This document shows, piece after piece, positions 33,201 to 45,313 of a stretch of 64,000 nt of DNA. The stretch is taken from NCBI GenBank assembly GCA_030248215.1, contig JASANG010000627.1:248001-312000 (forward strand), read 5' to 3'. Numbering within the stretch: position 1 is the stretch's first letter; every line of letters begins with the position of its first letter. Source of the stretch: Enoplolaimus lenunculus (lineage: Eukaryota). The notes under the pieces were generated by a model, which worked only from the letters and a program-made list of their open reading frames with translations, was not told where the DNA came from and did no database searches. Made by a program: the position numbers and the translations under genes.

Positions 33201-36200
33201 CAAATTCCGGTTCCTGTAAATTGTAATGTAAGTCCGGTTGTACCCTAGTGATAAGACATCCAACCATACTAAGAGCTTGCAAAATACTTAATAGGCAACA
33301 CTGACGGACAAATAAAGTTAATTTCTACTGAGCTTCCGAAGCTTTATGAACATTTCCTAACATGGTAGTTTACCATATCTAGTTAAATAATTAAAAAATT
33401 TACCGCTGGATCATAGCAGCTAAATTCCCGCAACCATGTCCCATCTCTCCACCACTGATTTCATCGATCGCTAAACCCCTTAAACCAGCATGTTCAACGG
33501 GCACTAAGTCTGGCGGAGGTAGTTTATTGAAACCTCGCGTCATTTTTCGCCTAAGCTCAACCTCATTGATATTGGACTGATTTTGAGTTTTCTGATTTTT
33601 GCTCAGTTTATGCAAACTCCGTATAGCAGCTGCAGACCTTTCAAACGTGGAACAATTACTAGTACTTGCAGAAGTAGCGCCACAATCCGTAAGAACCGCA
33701 GAATCGTGACTATTTGAAAAATCATCCCACGGCATTTCTCGCAATTTGGTTTCCTGCCGGTGTCTAAAGCTTCTGGGTATCCCAGCAAACAACTTGAGCA
33801 GCTCAATTTCACTTGAGGATAGCTGCTGCGTTCGTCCAATATTCAGGCCGGCGATTAGGACGTGAAACGAAGCCGTACAAATATAAGGCGCCATAATAAC
33901 TGTTGGAATATCATTGTCCACGCCCCAAGTCTCAACAGCCCCGACTAGCCGTTCTCGTAGCGCACGATTGTCACCAGTAATACTACTTTTGCATTCGTTC
34001 GTTTTGCGCGGTTTATCACAGCCAAGAAGCAAACTATTATCGCCCCCAAATCCTTCATTACCGTCAAAAGTCCTATCAAGATCACATGGAGTATTTCGGC
34101 CCTCTTCTAAACTATTGAGAACATGAGTCTTCTCCCACGTAAGCTTATTGATCGCATTGTTCTGGCGATCTTTACTAAACGAACCCGCGTTTGCGTAACC
34201 ATTTTCAAGTTGTCGATTAGCAGCTTCAGCAGTATTCACGCCACTTAAGTTGCCGTTTTGCTTCAATAATTTCGCTACAGGCATACTGGTATCTGAGCTT
34301 GTAACGGAGCTGCTGAAAGGCGGCATCGAAACTCCGAATTGCTTTGCAAGTAAATCCAGAGTTGCAATTGCATTACTTCTGTTAATCGACATTTTACCCG
34401 GGTCACAACTGAAGCCATACGTGTTTGCGACTTCCCCAGTGATCCCGTCTTTGCCACTGTCGATAGCAGGTCCTACCCATTGCCGGCCCTCATTTATAGT
34501 TTCTCGTTTAAGGTCAGTCACCGTCTGACGAGTATCTTCACGATTATACGAAACTTGGTGTTTCTGGGTCCCGTTCCCCGTTCCAGCCGTCGTTTTCTCA
34601 ACAGTTAAACGGCCGCTGAACGTACTAACCAAACTTTCAAGCGATGCAAAGTTACGTACTTCGTCCGTAGCATCACACATTACTTCATGCCCTGTCATAT
34701 TTGCTTCTGGTGCGCTGCGATTAAAAACACTACCTCCTTCGAAACGGTCCACTACTTCTCGCAGAGGTACACACCGGTCTGGATTACAAGACTTCGGAGA
34801 TTTACACTGTCCTGGTAACCCAAACGCTGAAACCTTATCCTGCTGTACCAATTTTAGGTCGTTCGCTCCGTCTGTTGGGGCAACGCACGTTGGCAGTGGC
34901 AGTGTAAAATACTGCGGACGACTTGTTACTACCTTTTGAGGCAAAGATTTTGAACAAGTTAAGGATGAACTTAATCCATCACGAGATCGAAAAGTTAATG
35001 AACTGTAAACAGACGAGCATTGCGATGAATCTGGGTCACGTGCTCCTTCGCCGTTCACCGAATTTGCTGTCGATTTCCGAGCCCACGGGAACATGCGTTC
35101 AAAACTATTAGTCGAATCACGCCGATCGTTTTGCCCGTTGACCACACTCAGACCACACGGGTCTGACCCCTGTCCAACTATTTTTGGTTGAGCTTTTACT
35201 TCCCCATTCTCTAAACTGGTCCCTTCGCGCTGCACATAATCGAGCGTTAGTCCACCATACGCAATCAGCTCTTCAAATGAAGGCAGTATTTCACTACCGG
35301 TCACTTCTTTTGCGGAAGCTATGGAGTTGGCGCCTTTAATCCAAACTTTGTCATTATACTTATTTATAATCATATCAGAAGGCAAAAACTGAGACCCAGC
35401 AAGCATTGATTCGTCATCCAACATCATTGCATCGTAGCTAAATGATTCCGGTCTCGAACATAATTGATCGGGGCAACCGAGATTCCCAGAGACGTTACCA
35501 CTGCATAGCACCTAAAATATATGCTTCGATGTATAAAAACAATATGAAGACAAACAAATTCTGCAAGAATAAGGTAATGAACTACAGCTATTTTCGATAA
35601 ACAAAAACAAGACTAGAAAACCAGTTGACACGCGATGTAATTGAAAAGTAACGTTACTAATAATTGTTAGTCGTAATAAATGAATACATAAAGCCAAAGT
35701 ATTTATCAAACACTACTTAAAGCGTTCTGGTTTGAACTTAATCTTGCAATTGCTTGATGTAATACTAAATCTAGTGCCTTCCCGCTACATAAAGATTGCC
35801 ACTAGTTAATTATTGAAAACTGAAACAAATATAGCATAACTAGTCTCTAGCCAGTGCTCTGAATCATGCTGTACTTCTACAAAAACAAGCGGTGCAACGG
35901 TTTTCAAACTTACCGTCATGTTACTAGACAACGATTCCAAACTATTGGACCTGCTTCGAATCATTCCATTAACCAGAATTCCGCTTGATATACGACTAAT
36001 ACGATCAGCGGACACGGAATTTGGATACGAAGTTCCCTAAAACAAACACAGTCTGTGTTGAATCAGTAGCAACTGTTTTCATTTATAAAAATGTTCCAAC
36101 TTCAGTTCTCAATATTGAGTTTGAAATAGCATTCTTCAGTAGTACTTTTGTTTCACCTAAACGCATGTAAGATTAAAAATTATTGAAACAGGCAGAAACC

Positions 36201-39200
36201 CTACTGTGAAAGGAAAGCAGGTAGATTGTCTACCGGAGCCTTAGAGAATTTGCGGTTGCATACAGAAAGTTGAAAAATTCTAATACTGAATTTGCAAAGA
36301 ATTTAAATTTGAACACAATTCAATTGACAAATTGACACACTATATGCTGGCAAGCACTGTAAATGTATACGATCAAAATGACAACTCAATTACTTACATT
36401 GCTAGTTTCGTCCTTGAAGACACTTTCCATTCGAAACACTACATCAGCAGGCTGTACCCGGCCAGTATTTATATCGTTAGACCTCGTTTTGCATTCACTG
36501 CTTGTCTCTGAAGCTAGTTTATCATCTATACATCCATTTTTAACAGCAGTTTGTGCGGTAGCCTGATTGTTTTTGTTTTGGCCGAGAATGGTCTTGCTAG
36601 TACACACAGTAGAAGTCGATTTTATGGTATCAGTGGCTACTCCGACACTGAGGTCCTCCGTGTCAGTACCCGGTGTCGTAGCTTCGCAACTTGTACCACC
36701 GCTGAGCTTCAATTCAGCCTTAAGAAGTCGATTTTCCCATTCTAGTTTAACGCATCGTTTTCGCAAGTTTGAATTTTCGTCGTTCAGTGTCTGAAACAGT
36801 TTTATAAATTTGAAAAATGTTTGACAAAAACAATCAACAGCTGAACATTTAACCAGAACTCAGCTAGCATTGCTATACCAGTCGTAGTGATACTACATTT
36901 ATTGAGCGAAGCTCGAACACACGTAAGCAATTAAGGTAATATGCAAATTAGTTATTAGCTAACTATTCATATATCGGTTTTGGAGGTTTTTTAAGCAATT
37001 TCCTCAGATTCCTCGCACTCAAAAACCCTTCAGCCACCCTAATAATTATTGGAATAATTTGAAGTCTTAATTTTATCTTGTCAATTAAGCAAATATGCAA
37101 AGCCATTAGCTAACTATTCGATAATCGCTTTTAAAAGATTGTAGGCGATTTATTCAGATTCCTTGCATCCGAAAACCCATTATTGCTGAAATTAGATTGC
37201 TTGTAACCCTAATAATTAGTGAAACATTGTAAAAACGCCTAATTTAGGCTTATCAATTATGCTTATATGCAAATTATCTATTAGCTAACTACTCAATTAT
37301 CGGTTTTGGAGGTTTGTAAACAATTTATTCCGATTCCTCGCACCAAAAAACCTTCAGAAAACCCTAAGCATTATTGAAATAATTTAAAAAGTCCTAATTT
37401 TGTCTTGTCAATTAAGCTAATATGCAAATTAGATATTAGCTAACTATTCAATTATCGGTTTTGGATGTTTGTAAACAATTCATTCAAATTCCTCACACCT
37501 AAAAACCCTTTACTGCTGAGATTATATTGCTTTTAACCGTAATAATTAGTGAAATATTGTAAAAAGTCCTAATTTATGCTTATAAACTATGCTAATATGC
37601 AAATTATCTATTAGCTAGCTGCTCACGTATGGATTTTGGAGGTTTTTAACCGTCTACGCAGATTCCTCGCACCCAAAAACCCATTAATGTTAAAATTAGA
37701 TTGCTTCTAACTGTAATAATTAGTGAAATATTGTGGAAAGTCCTAATTTAGGCTTAATTAATTATGCAAATTAGCCTGTAGCTACTAAACGGCCTGCAAT
37801 TTTACAACCCTAATGCGAGGTTAACACCCCAGGATAATTGGTTTTCAAACAAAAAAAGTTTATCAAAATCGGTTCAGCGGTTCTTGAGATTCTTTTCGGA
37901 CGGACAAACAGACGGACGGACATCCACCTTTCGACCCCCAAGTACAAAACATAAAACGCTTCGCGGAACTCCAAGCTTCGCTCGGAGTTTCGCTTCGCTC
38001 AATCATCATTTTAAGTTGTATCACCGTTTGCCTCTGAACAAAATCATAGTGCTTCTTTCACAATCAAACGCTATCAAATTAATTAATCCGATTACTGCGG
38101 ACAAATTTTAAAAAATCGGTCTTAATGTATATACCAAAATACGAAACAAAAATACCTTCTAGCCTTATGTATACATGCAGCCTAATCATACAACGGACGT
38201 TGAATTAGGGTACCAAACAGAATTTAATTGACCGGAGACGGAATTTTAAACAGGAATCGGATTTGGAACTTGAGATTATCATGCCCGACCACTTTCTCGA
38301 ATGACGAGCCTTATGATATTTGAGTCGTGTGCACTAATGCAAAATACGTAATTGTTTCATGGTGTTCTGTGCTACTTATCTTTTACAGAATTCACGTGAA
38401 CATGAATTGCACCGTACGCTAGCATTAAGAATATCTACTGCTTCGAATTTTTACCATCCCAAAAATTCGCCTAGGATGTCGGAATGCCACAAGAGACAGA
38501 ACTATACAGCATCACCAGTGAAGTGACAGTCGTTGCAAAGCCACGAGGGTGAAACATACTTTTAGTAACTTTCACGAAACCGTTTACCTTCTGCGATATC
38601 TTCTGCTGTTCTAAACGCTGCACAATGTAAGTAGCAATGTCGTCAAGCGTTTGATTGTAATACTTTTCACTATCTGCAAGACGCTGTTCCGCTTGAGCTT
38701 TTTCGCGTTCCAAGTTTTGTCGCAATTTGCGCTCTGTAGCTATGTCTTCTTCGGTATTCTGAAACCATTACCACTCACATTGTGCTAACTCAAATTGTAA
38801 GTGTTCAATATTTAATTCAAAAGGCCAAAAATATCACACTTTTCTAGCAGTTCCTTGTTGGACAACAACCCGCCCTGTACCGAAATATCGGTGAATCACT
38901 TTTTCCCTTGGACAATAAAGACATTATAAAATAATTAAACAAGCACGAACAACTAGTGTTTGTGATCAATAATAACTAAGCGTTTATATAATTTTAGGGT
39001 CCCAGAATTTTGAGGAAGGATTTTTGTTCGGTTGTTTTAGACACTATCAGTTTTCAACTCAAGAACATTCCTCATCCTTATAGAGCATAACCCTTTCCAA
39101 AACTAGGCTATACCCATATTTAGGTACTGAGCATAGACCTATACAAACCTAAACCTAAGCTTAAGACAAAGCCAAAGCACAAGCCTGGTGCTGGAAATTT

Positions 39201-42200
39201 CTCATTCTCCGCGTGGGCAGGCGCCTGGAGCTGGAAATCCCTCATTCTCCGCGTGGGCAGGCGCATTGTACTGGAAATCCCCCATTCTTCCCATGGACAG
39301 GCGCCTATTCTTGACACGGGTCTCTTGTTAAATCGAAACAGCTGCTTTGTATTAACAAACACCAAAATAGACATACACAAGGATACAGCTGATAAAACAG
39401 AAAGATAAATACGTATGTAGACAGACAGGTTGATGTCATGAGTGATAAATACTAATGTTTCACCAGAAGATTGATGTTATCTTAGTGGTTCATAACTCAA
39501 AAAAAGAACAAGAGTGCTCACTTTATTTGCGTTCGAGGTATCTGGAGTACCAACTGACAGTTTGAAATCGCTATTCGCTATATGTTTTTCAACAGCAACA
39601 TCGCTATCAAAATTGCCCTGACCCTTAACACACTTTATGCCATCCTAAAATATTAAAATAATGTATTTAAAAGCACATATGCAGCTAAGAGTCCAAAAGC
39701 ACAAACTGCAATTCAATAAGAACTGTGATATATCGCTATTGGGTAACGTTATATATTATATATAAGTATAGAAACAAAAAAATTCTCACGACAGACCAAA
39801 AAACCGAATACTACAAAAATTGCTTTGAGACCAGGTAGATATCCTCTTACCAAAATGCTTTATAGGGGTAACTCATGGTGGCACAAGGAACTGGATTAGA
39901 TCGGAATAGCCATATGCGTAACAAACAATAAACAGCAAATGAAAAATTTCTCTAATTCGAATCAGATTATGCCTGCAGTCAAAACTGCACTACAATCAAA
40001 CTTCTAACCAGAATCAGAATTCTGTATGTACTCTTGAGTTACTATAACAAAACAGCATTCAATTGAAGATGAAAATATTTTAACTAACCTTTTAATATTT
40101 GTGTTTGCACTGTTATGATGCACGCGTTCGTTGTATTGTAATGAAAAATTTAGTTCGAATAAGATTATACCTTTAACCGCAACTGCTTTTCAATCAAACT
40201 TCGAACCAGAATCAGAATTCTGCATGTATTCTTGAGTTACTATAACAAAATAAAACTTAATCGAGGATGCAAATGTTTTAACTAACCTTTTTAATATTTG
40301 TATTTGCACTGTTCAGATCGGAAGCATTCGTTGTGTGGTCGAGCAACTTCGGAGGTTTCGGCGGACGAGCCGGCGGCATACTCGATATGAGAGGTGCCGC
40401 TCCAACTGACCCGTGTGGGACCCTATCGATGCCATTAGTGCTGCTGTCAGACGATGCCATATCCCGTGTGCACCTGGTACCGCTGTTTTGCCCACTGTTT
40501 GACATTTCAGTACCCTTATGTGTAATAGCTGTAGCCGCACTGGAACAAACATTTTGCGCCACATTTCCAGCCATGTCAGCAGATCTTGGAGGAGCACTGC
40601 GCTGTTTGCACGGCAAGTGTCTGAACGGCTCCGGCGGCAATTTTTTTGAACCTGAAACAAAACAAAAGAATAAAAGCTGTGGTGGGACACCACCTACTTA
40701 CTGGTTTTGAACTTAGCAACTTAAATTCGCACGCAGACACATGCTGAGACAGTAATGCAGAAAAATTAACCACATGAACAAAATCTAAATGCGTAGCAGT
40801 AAAAGGTACATAATAGCTAATTCGTTTTCTTTAAAAATTTCAATAAGTATTTATAAAAAAGTTACGCAATATTCATTCAACGGCCGGTAACCTGTGTTAG
40901 CACGTTAATTCTTCTATTACGAAACTGATCTCCATATGCACTGAAAACCTTACAAACTGGTGCTCCAAGTTGAAGCTCACCTTTCGCGCCACCTTTTCGA
41001 GTTCGTTCCAACGTTACAGCATTACGCCCATCGTTCGTATGGCCGCATTCCACCACATCAGATCTGCTAACTTGTACCCGATTCAGGTCTTCAGAACTCA
41101 TCCCACCTATCCGAGAGTTCTGAGCATTGAGACACGCCGTTCTATTTCGGCCAGCAGCTTCGTTTTTAAAATTGCCATGATCAGATTTCGATATCTTAAG
41201 CATGCCATTACCAGATCCTACGCCTTTATGTGACAAAGCTACGTTTGAATTACCGCAATAGGGCGGCTGGTGGTGATTACCACGAGAACTCGATTCTGTG
41301 ACATGATTTGATTTTGTCGTATGATACGAGGATACGTTGGAGACGCCGGTTGATGCAACAGAAATATCTGATTCTGTGACACCTTGAGGACCGCTTGAGG
41401 CTGCACAAAACTCATTTGCGCTATCTACAGCGTCCGCATAATGATAATAGGAAGTCGATGATGTTGATGCTGATTGGTCGTGCTGGGCGTGGTTTGTTGC
41501 GTTTAGCGAGGCGCCAAGAAGACTTTTATCTAAAAAATAATCGCTTCGATTGCGGTCTCGATCACGAGTTGATTTTCGATATCCACTAGCATGAGCACGC
41601 CTATCATTGTGTCGCTGTTTGCCTGAAACAAACGTTAACAGTGACACAAAATTTCGCCAGTCATTGTTTGAGTTAGATTTTATTTTGCAAACTAAAAGTT
41701 TCACTTAATTACAACTATGCTCGCACAGGTTACATAATTCAGACAGGGTGCAACCGGAATTACAATTTACCGGAACCGGAACCGGAATTTGAAAATTTTA
41801 CCGGAACCGGAACCGGAAAATGAAAAATGCATTTCACCAAAAATTTCATTTTAATCGTATTTTTTGCTCTATTATTTGTGAAACAACCTTAGTCGAACAC
41901 AGGTATTTATTTTATTTGTTGTATTTTAGATTTTCGTCGTCGACTGAAGTGAAATCCACCATCAACGGCTTATATTCTGAGTACAAGTGGCTTTCAAAAG
42001 AGATTCTTAAACGGCCAAATTATAACACCGGAATTTTTAAATCCGGTAAAAATTTACCGGAACCGGAACCGGAAGGTGAAAAAATGCCGGAACCGGAATT
42101 CCGGTTGCACCCTGAATTCAGATTATACTTTCTTTATCAGACACCCTAATGCCACACCAAATTCGCTGCCTTCTATAAAAACGGATAAAAGATGCAATCA

Positions 42201-45200
42201 GACAAAACATTGTGCTAAATCCATAGCCAACTACAAAGACACACATGGCGCTAGGCAGGGTTCAATCGGAGCCAAAGCCAGATAGTTCAATCAGAGCCGG
42301 ATATATAAATGTACGTATATTTCAACAAAAACTTAAACATATGGCGATTGTGGTCATAAATAACAGTATAAAACTGTGTTATATATACGTATATAGTTTT
42401 GAACAGAAAATATCTGGAAATGACGAATACCGGAGCCGGACGCCAATTTTTATGCGGAGCCGAGCCCGGATATCCGGTTGAGCCATAACGCTAGATTATC
42501 CAATATATATTTACATGGGCAAGTAGCCTTGCCAAAAAATTTGGTTACTTACTAACACGAGAACCTATATATGACCTACCAAAACTGACCTGAGTTGTCG
42601 ACAACAGGCACTTGTTGCCAGTCTGTCCTAGACGTCCCAGCCCGTTTGTTGCCTGCAAGTCCACTCGCGTTATGCCACGCTGACGCCGATTCAACATCAG
42701 TCCAGTACCAATCATCTTGCTCTCCACTATAGTATTGATTACTTTGTTGTGTTGGACACGCCTTGTGCTTTGATTTCTGACCCCAACTTCGTCGTGAATA
42801 TCTATGTGCGTGATTACGGTTGACCGCCGATGACGTGGAGTTACCAATGAAACCTAAGGCTACGTCTCGCCAGCCGCCTTTATCGTCGCCGTGACCAGCT
42901 GCTGTTGTAGATCGATGTCGTTGCCCAACATCAGACGCGATATCAGACCAGTTACTACTTACATTAAACCTTTGGTGATGTGACTTTACTGGTTCACCAC
43001 GCTTGCTACTGTTAGCTGACTTTATCGTATTTGGAACATCCCAACCAACGCGTAGTTGATTACTATATAATATAAAACAAACGCCACACATTACTTCTGG
43101 AACTTAAATGAAAGAAGGTCATCTTACTTTTCAGGTGCAGACACAATATGTCCATGTCCATACGTTTTCTGACCACAAATAAAATTGTGTTCCAGTGAAA
43201 CTAGACCACTTGGTATACAGTGACGTGTTTCCATAAAGCCTCCACTTCTTTTACTTACCAGTTACCACTAAAGTTTCTCAATCAAAACTACAACGCGAAA
43301 CACCTACACCCATTGGTTGTCCCAAGAATTTTTTGGGGCGTGGGGCTTTTATATTTTGCTCAAAAAAGGTTGATATATTCAGCATAGTTTTTTGTTCTAA
43401 AAATTAAACAGTTTATGAAAAAATTAAAGGGGGGCGCCACTGCCATGGTGCAACCGGAATAACAACGTACCCAAACCAGAATTTGAAAAAAATCAACGAA
43501 AATGGAACCGGAAATGAAAAATGCATGTCTCCGACAAATTTATTTTAATTTTCTTTTTGCTACATTATTGGAGAAATAATCTTACTTGAAAATACGTATT
43601 TACTTAATCCGCCGTATTTTAGATTTTCTTTATACGCGGAAGCGCAATTTACCTTCGATGGTTTATTTTCGGTGATATTTTATTTTTGTTATCATTTATT
43701 AGTAAAATACTTAACTTCCTCTGACCAAAATGTAATACCGGAATTTTTAATCCTGTAAAAATTTACCGGGACCGGAAGGCGAAATATGTCGGAACAGGAA
43801 TTCCGGTTGCACCCTGGTCTCTGCCTACTCCATAAGTTTTTATTGAGAGTATGCCAGTTTTGTCTACTACGTATATATATAATTAATCATACGCACGGCA
43901 AAATGAACATCCCTATGTTAAACTATTAAAAAATGCAACTGGGAAGCAATTATTTTAAAATGCTACAATTTTGCTCACAAAGTTACCTTGAGTCTGAGAC
44001 TTTATTTGCACTCCCACAGTTTGTTGTTGATTGTCGTGGTACCATATCTATCGAGCGCGGACCTGGTTTCATTTGATATTGTTGTGCCCGGTTATTGCCA
44101 CTAGTACTGAAGTAATACGGTGCAGCTGCTCGCGCCCAAAAGTCATCATTCACCCCACCAGCTGCGCTTACGTTAGTCGACACGTAACCATTGGAAGAGT
44201 GCGAATCCGGAATGTTATTTAAACCGCAAGCAGTAGATATGGACGAGGGCGGTGGACACTGTGAAGTTGAAAACGGTGTCGGTACGCCATTGACAACTAG
44301 AAGCAGAAAAATGTGTATATATTCACGTATGTACATGTACGCGCGCGATCACTGACCCGAGATTGTTTTACTAGATATGTACCGGATATTGAATTTTTAC
44401 TGGAACAGGAACTCGATGAGGATTCTAACTGGACATGACATGTAAATAAATGTATATGCGCGCTCTTTGAAAAACCTTGATTCTGTACCTTAACTCAAGT
44501 GTATACCTTAGTCGACTCTGCTAGCTTGTGTTTTGTTTGCCCATCTCATTATCAGCATGTGAGGGAGGGAAATATTTTCCGAGTGGAGACTTCCACTAAA
44601 AAGATATCTGTTTGTAAATCAGTGAGCAATTTTCCAGTTTCCGTATTAATATATTTCGAACAATGGGCGAAATTTTCGCGTGAACAGTTGAAGCTGATGA
44701 ATAAAGGATAGTCAAATATATCTAAAATCTAACCGTTGCTCTTGCTATCTGACTTAACTGGCACCGATAACCGTTGATGTTGAGCAGAAGGCAGTGAACC
44801 AAAATCAAGTGATATGTTAGCGGCATTCGCAGTTCTAAGACGATTTAACCGAACACTGTCAGGTAAGCTCCTAGTTGAATGGCGACCATGCTTGGATGAC
44901 GTCGTCTGAAATTATATTGAGTGCAGGCATTTAGCTATCAAGCTGTGCAATAACGCTCGTTTTCAGTTTGAATTTTTTGAATAAAGAAAAATTCGTATAT
45001 ATATTTTCTAAATAGCACTCACATTTTAAAGTATGTCATACCATACCGTAAAGTTATGCATGTGCTAGCAACGATCTTCTAGTTTTTGCTGTTTAAATGA
45101 ACACCTGAATTTCTTATCCATAACTGTCAAGTCAAGGTGTATATATACCACATATTACGTATGACTGTACACTTATTAGAAAAGAAGACAAGCGGCGACA

Positions 45201-45313
45201 CAAGGCCATAATTCATTATCTCAAATCCACAACTCGGCAAGATGTGGTGTGGCAAATAATAACCCCAAAATTCTTACCTTAGAATGGCTGACATGACTTG
45301 CTCCTTGACCCAT
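21293..45313 (-). CDS. Large, mostly low-complexity coiled-coil protein, NCKAP5/NCKAP5L-like (19 coding exons, about 2591 aa)
   Basis: Exons 45278-45313, 44734-44905, 43987-44296, 42590-43062, 40981-41622, 40287-40651, 39522-39644, 38588-38758, 36398-36790, 35914-36036, 33404-35511, 31893-32480, 29454-29775, 29204-29281, 28034-28242, 24333-24456, 23889-24072, 23251-23409 and 21293-22488. All introns are GT-AG and phase-compatible, giving 7776 nt open from MGQGAS to TGA. The coiled coil YNQTLDDIATYIVQRLEQQK..LNDENSNLRKRCVKLEWENRLL resembles the NCKAP5 N-terminal coil as I recall it. The structure is well supported; the family name less so. Confidence 0.75.
21685..21722 (-). repeat. (AAT)n microsatellite encoding poly-Asn in the last exon
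   Basis: TTATTA run that translates to NSNNNNNNNHNNN in ORF 21293..22390. Confidence 0.85.
22553..23210 (+). mobile_element. 5'-truncated DINE-1/Helentron-like (HINE) element with central tandem repeats
   Basis: Four related 150-185 bp units (GGGTTTTTGGGTGCGAGGAATCTG...AATTTGCATA), then subTIR GCTTCGCTCAAT and stem-loop GTAGT-CCC-ACTAC. It is the reverse complement of the 36877-38005 element. Confidence 0.7.
25049..26437. mobile_element. Non-autonomous hAT-like element with GAGACC subterminal repeats
   Basis: Termini CAGGGATGGGTGGTCTCGG ... CCGAGACCGCTTATCCCTG, many GAGACC/GGTCTC motifs, and a degenerate 8-bp flank (ATGCACGC / CAGCACGG). Confidence 0.6.
26551..26758. repeat. Two-copy tandem duplication of about 104 bp
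   Basis: CGTAACAAATTTAAATAGA...TTAATTATTATCGTTATAATCGA occurs twice, with several substitutions. Confidence 0.8.
29930..31682 (+). mobile_element. Decayed Merlin (IS1016/ISXO2-like) DNA transposon with roughly 300-bp TIRs
   Basis: The left arm (about 29930-30245) and right arm (about 31385-31682) are imperfect inverted repeats (AAAAATGCCATTCGCATCTCTGCAC / GTGCAGAGATGCGGATGGCATTTTT) enclosing a transposase remnant. Exact ends and TSD were not resolved. Confidence 0.8.
30391..31290 (+). pseudogene. Merlin/ISXO2-like transposase pseudogene with an intron (30511-30748)
   Basis: Motifs DRYVWRCPRC..SVRSASAFENSNL, QWYNRFRD, GGPNVIVQVDE, RKYQCGR..QWVLGI, RDAQALIPII..VLPGTTIWADDLAAY and EFMWRGRFG. 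Has a stop codon and frameshifts, and lacks the segment with the third catalytic acidic residue. Confidence 0.85.
32803..33247. mobile_element. hAT-type MITE (CAGGGTGCAACCGGAA family), diverged copy
   Basis: Reverse-complement relative of 41744-42114. The 8-bp flanks GTGACAAG / GTGATAAG match at 7 of 8 positions. Confidence 0.75.
36877..38005 (-). mobile_element. Full-length DINE-1/Helentron-like (HINE) non-autonomous element
   Basis: Inverted 12-bp subTIRs ATTGAGCGAAGC (36901-36912) / GCTTCGCTCAAT (37992-38003), an extra internal copy near the 5' end, a (GTCC/GTCT)n microsatellite at about 37897-37921 beside AAAATCGGTTCAGCGGTT, central 150-185 bp tandem units, and a terminal stem-loop GTAGT-GAT-ACTAC (36884-36896). 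Confidence 0.75.
39190..39310. repeat. Three-copy minisatellite, unit about 40 bp
   Basis: CTGGAAAT..CTCATTCTCCGCGTGGGCAGGCGC three times, next to CCTAAA/CCTAAG repeats. Confidence 0.7.
39994..40313. repeat. Local duplication (about 120 bp) that includes the exon-6 splice donor
   Basis: AATCAAACTTC..AACCAGAATCAGAATTCTG...TAACTAACCTTTTAATATTTGT.TTTGCACTGTT at 39994-40114 and 40192-40313. Confidence 0.8.
41744..42114. mobile_element. Young hAT-type MITE (371 bp)
   Basis: Perfect 18-bp TIR CAGGGTGCAACCGGAATT / AATTCCGGTTGCACCCTG, perfect 8-bp TSD AATTCAGA, and ACCGGA subterminal repeats. Confidence 0.92.
43444..43816. mobile_element. hAT-type MITE, same family as 41744-42114
   Basis: CATGGTGCAACCGGAAT...AATTCCGGTTGCACCCTG; flanks GCCACTGC / GTCTCTGC match at 6 of 8 positions. 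Confidence 0.75.

Noticed and set aside
36900..37780. Regularly spaced repeats as CRISPR or independent satellite DNA
   Set aside because: Whole 150-185 bp units are homologous and lie inside a DINE-like element.
39190..39310. Repeats of about 40 bp as a possible CRISPR array
   Set aside because: Units are contiguous with no unique spacers, there are no cas genes, and the context is a eukaryotic intron.
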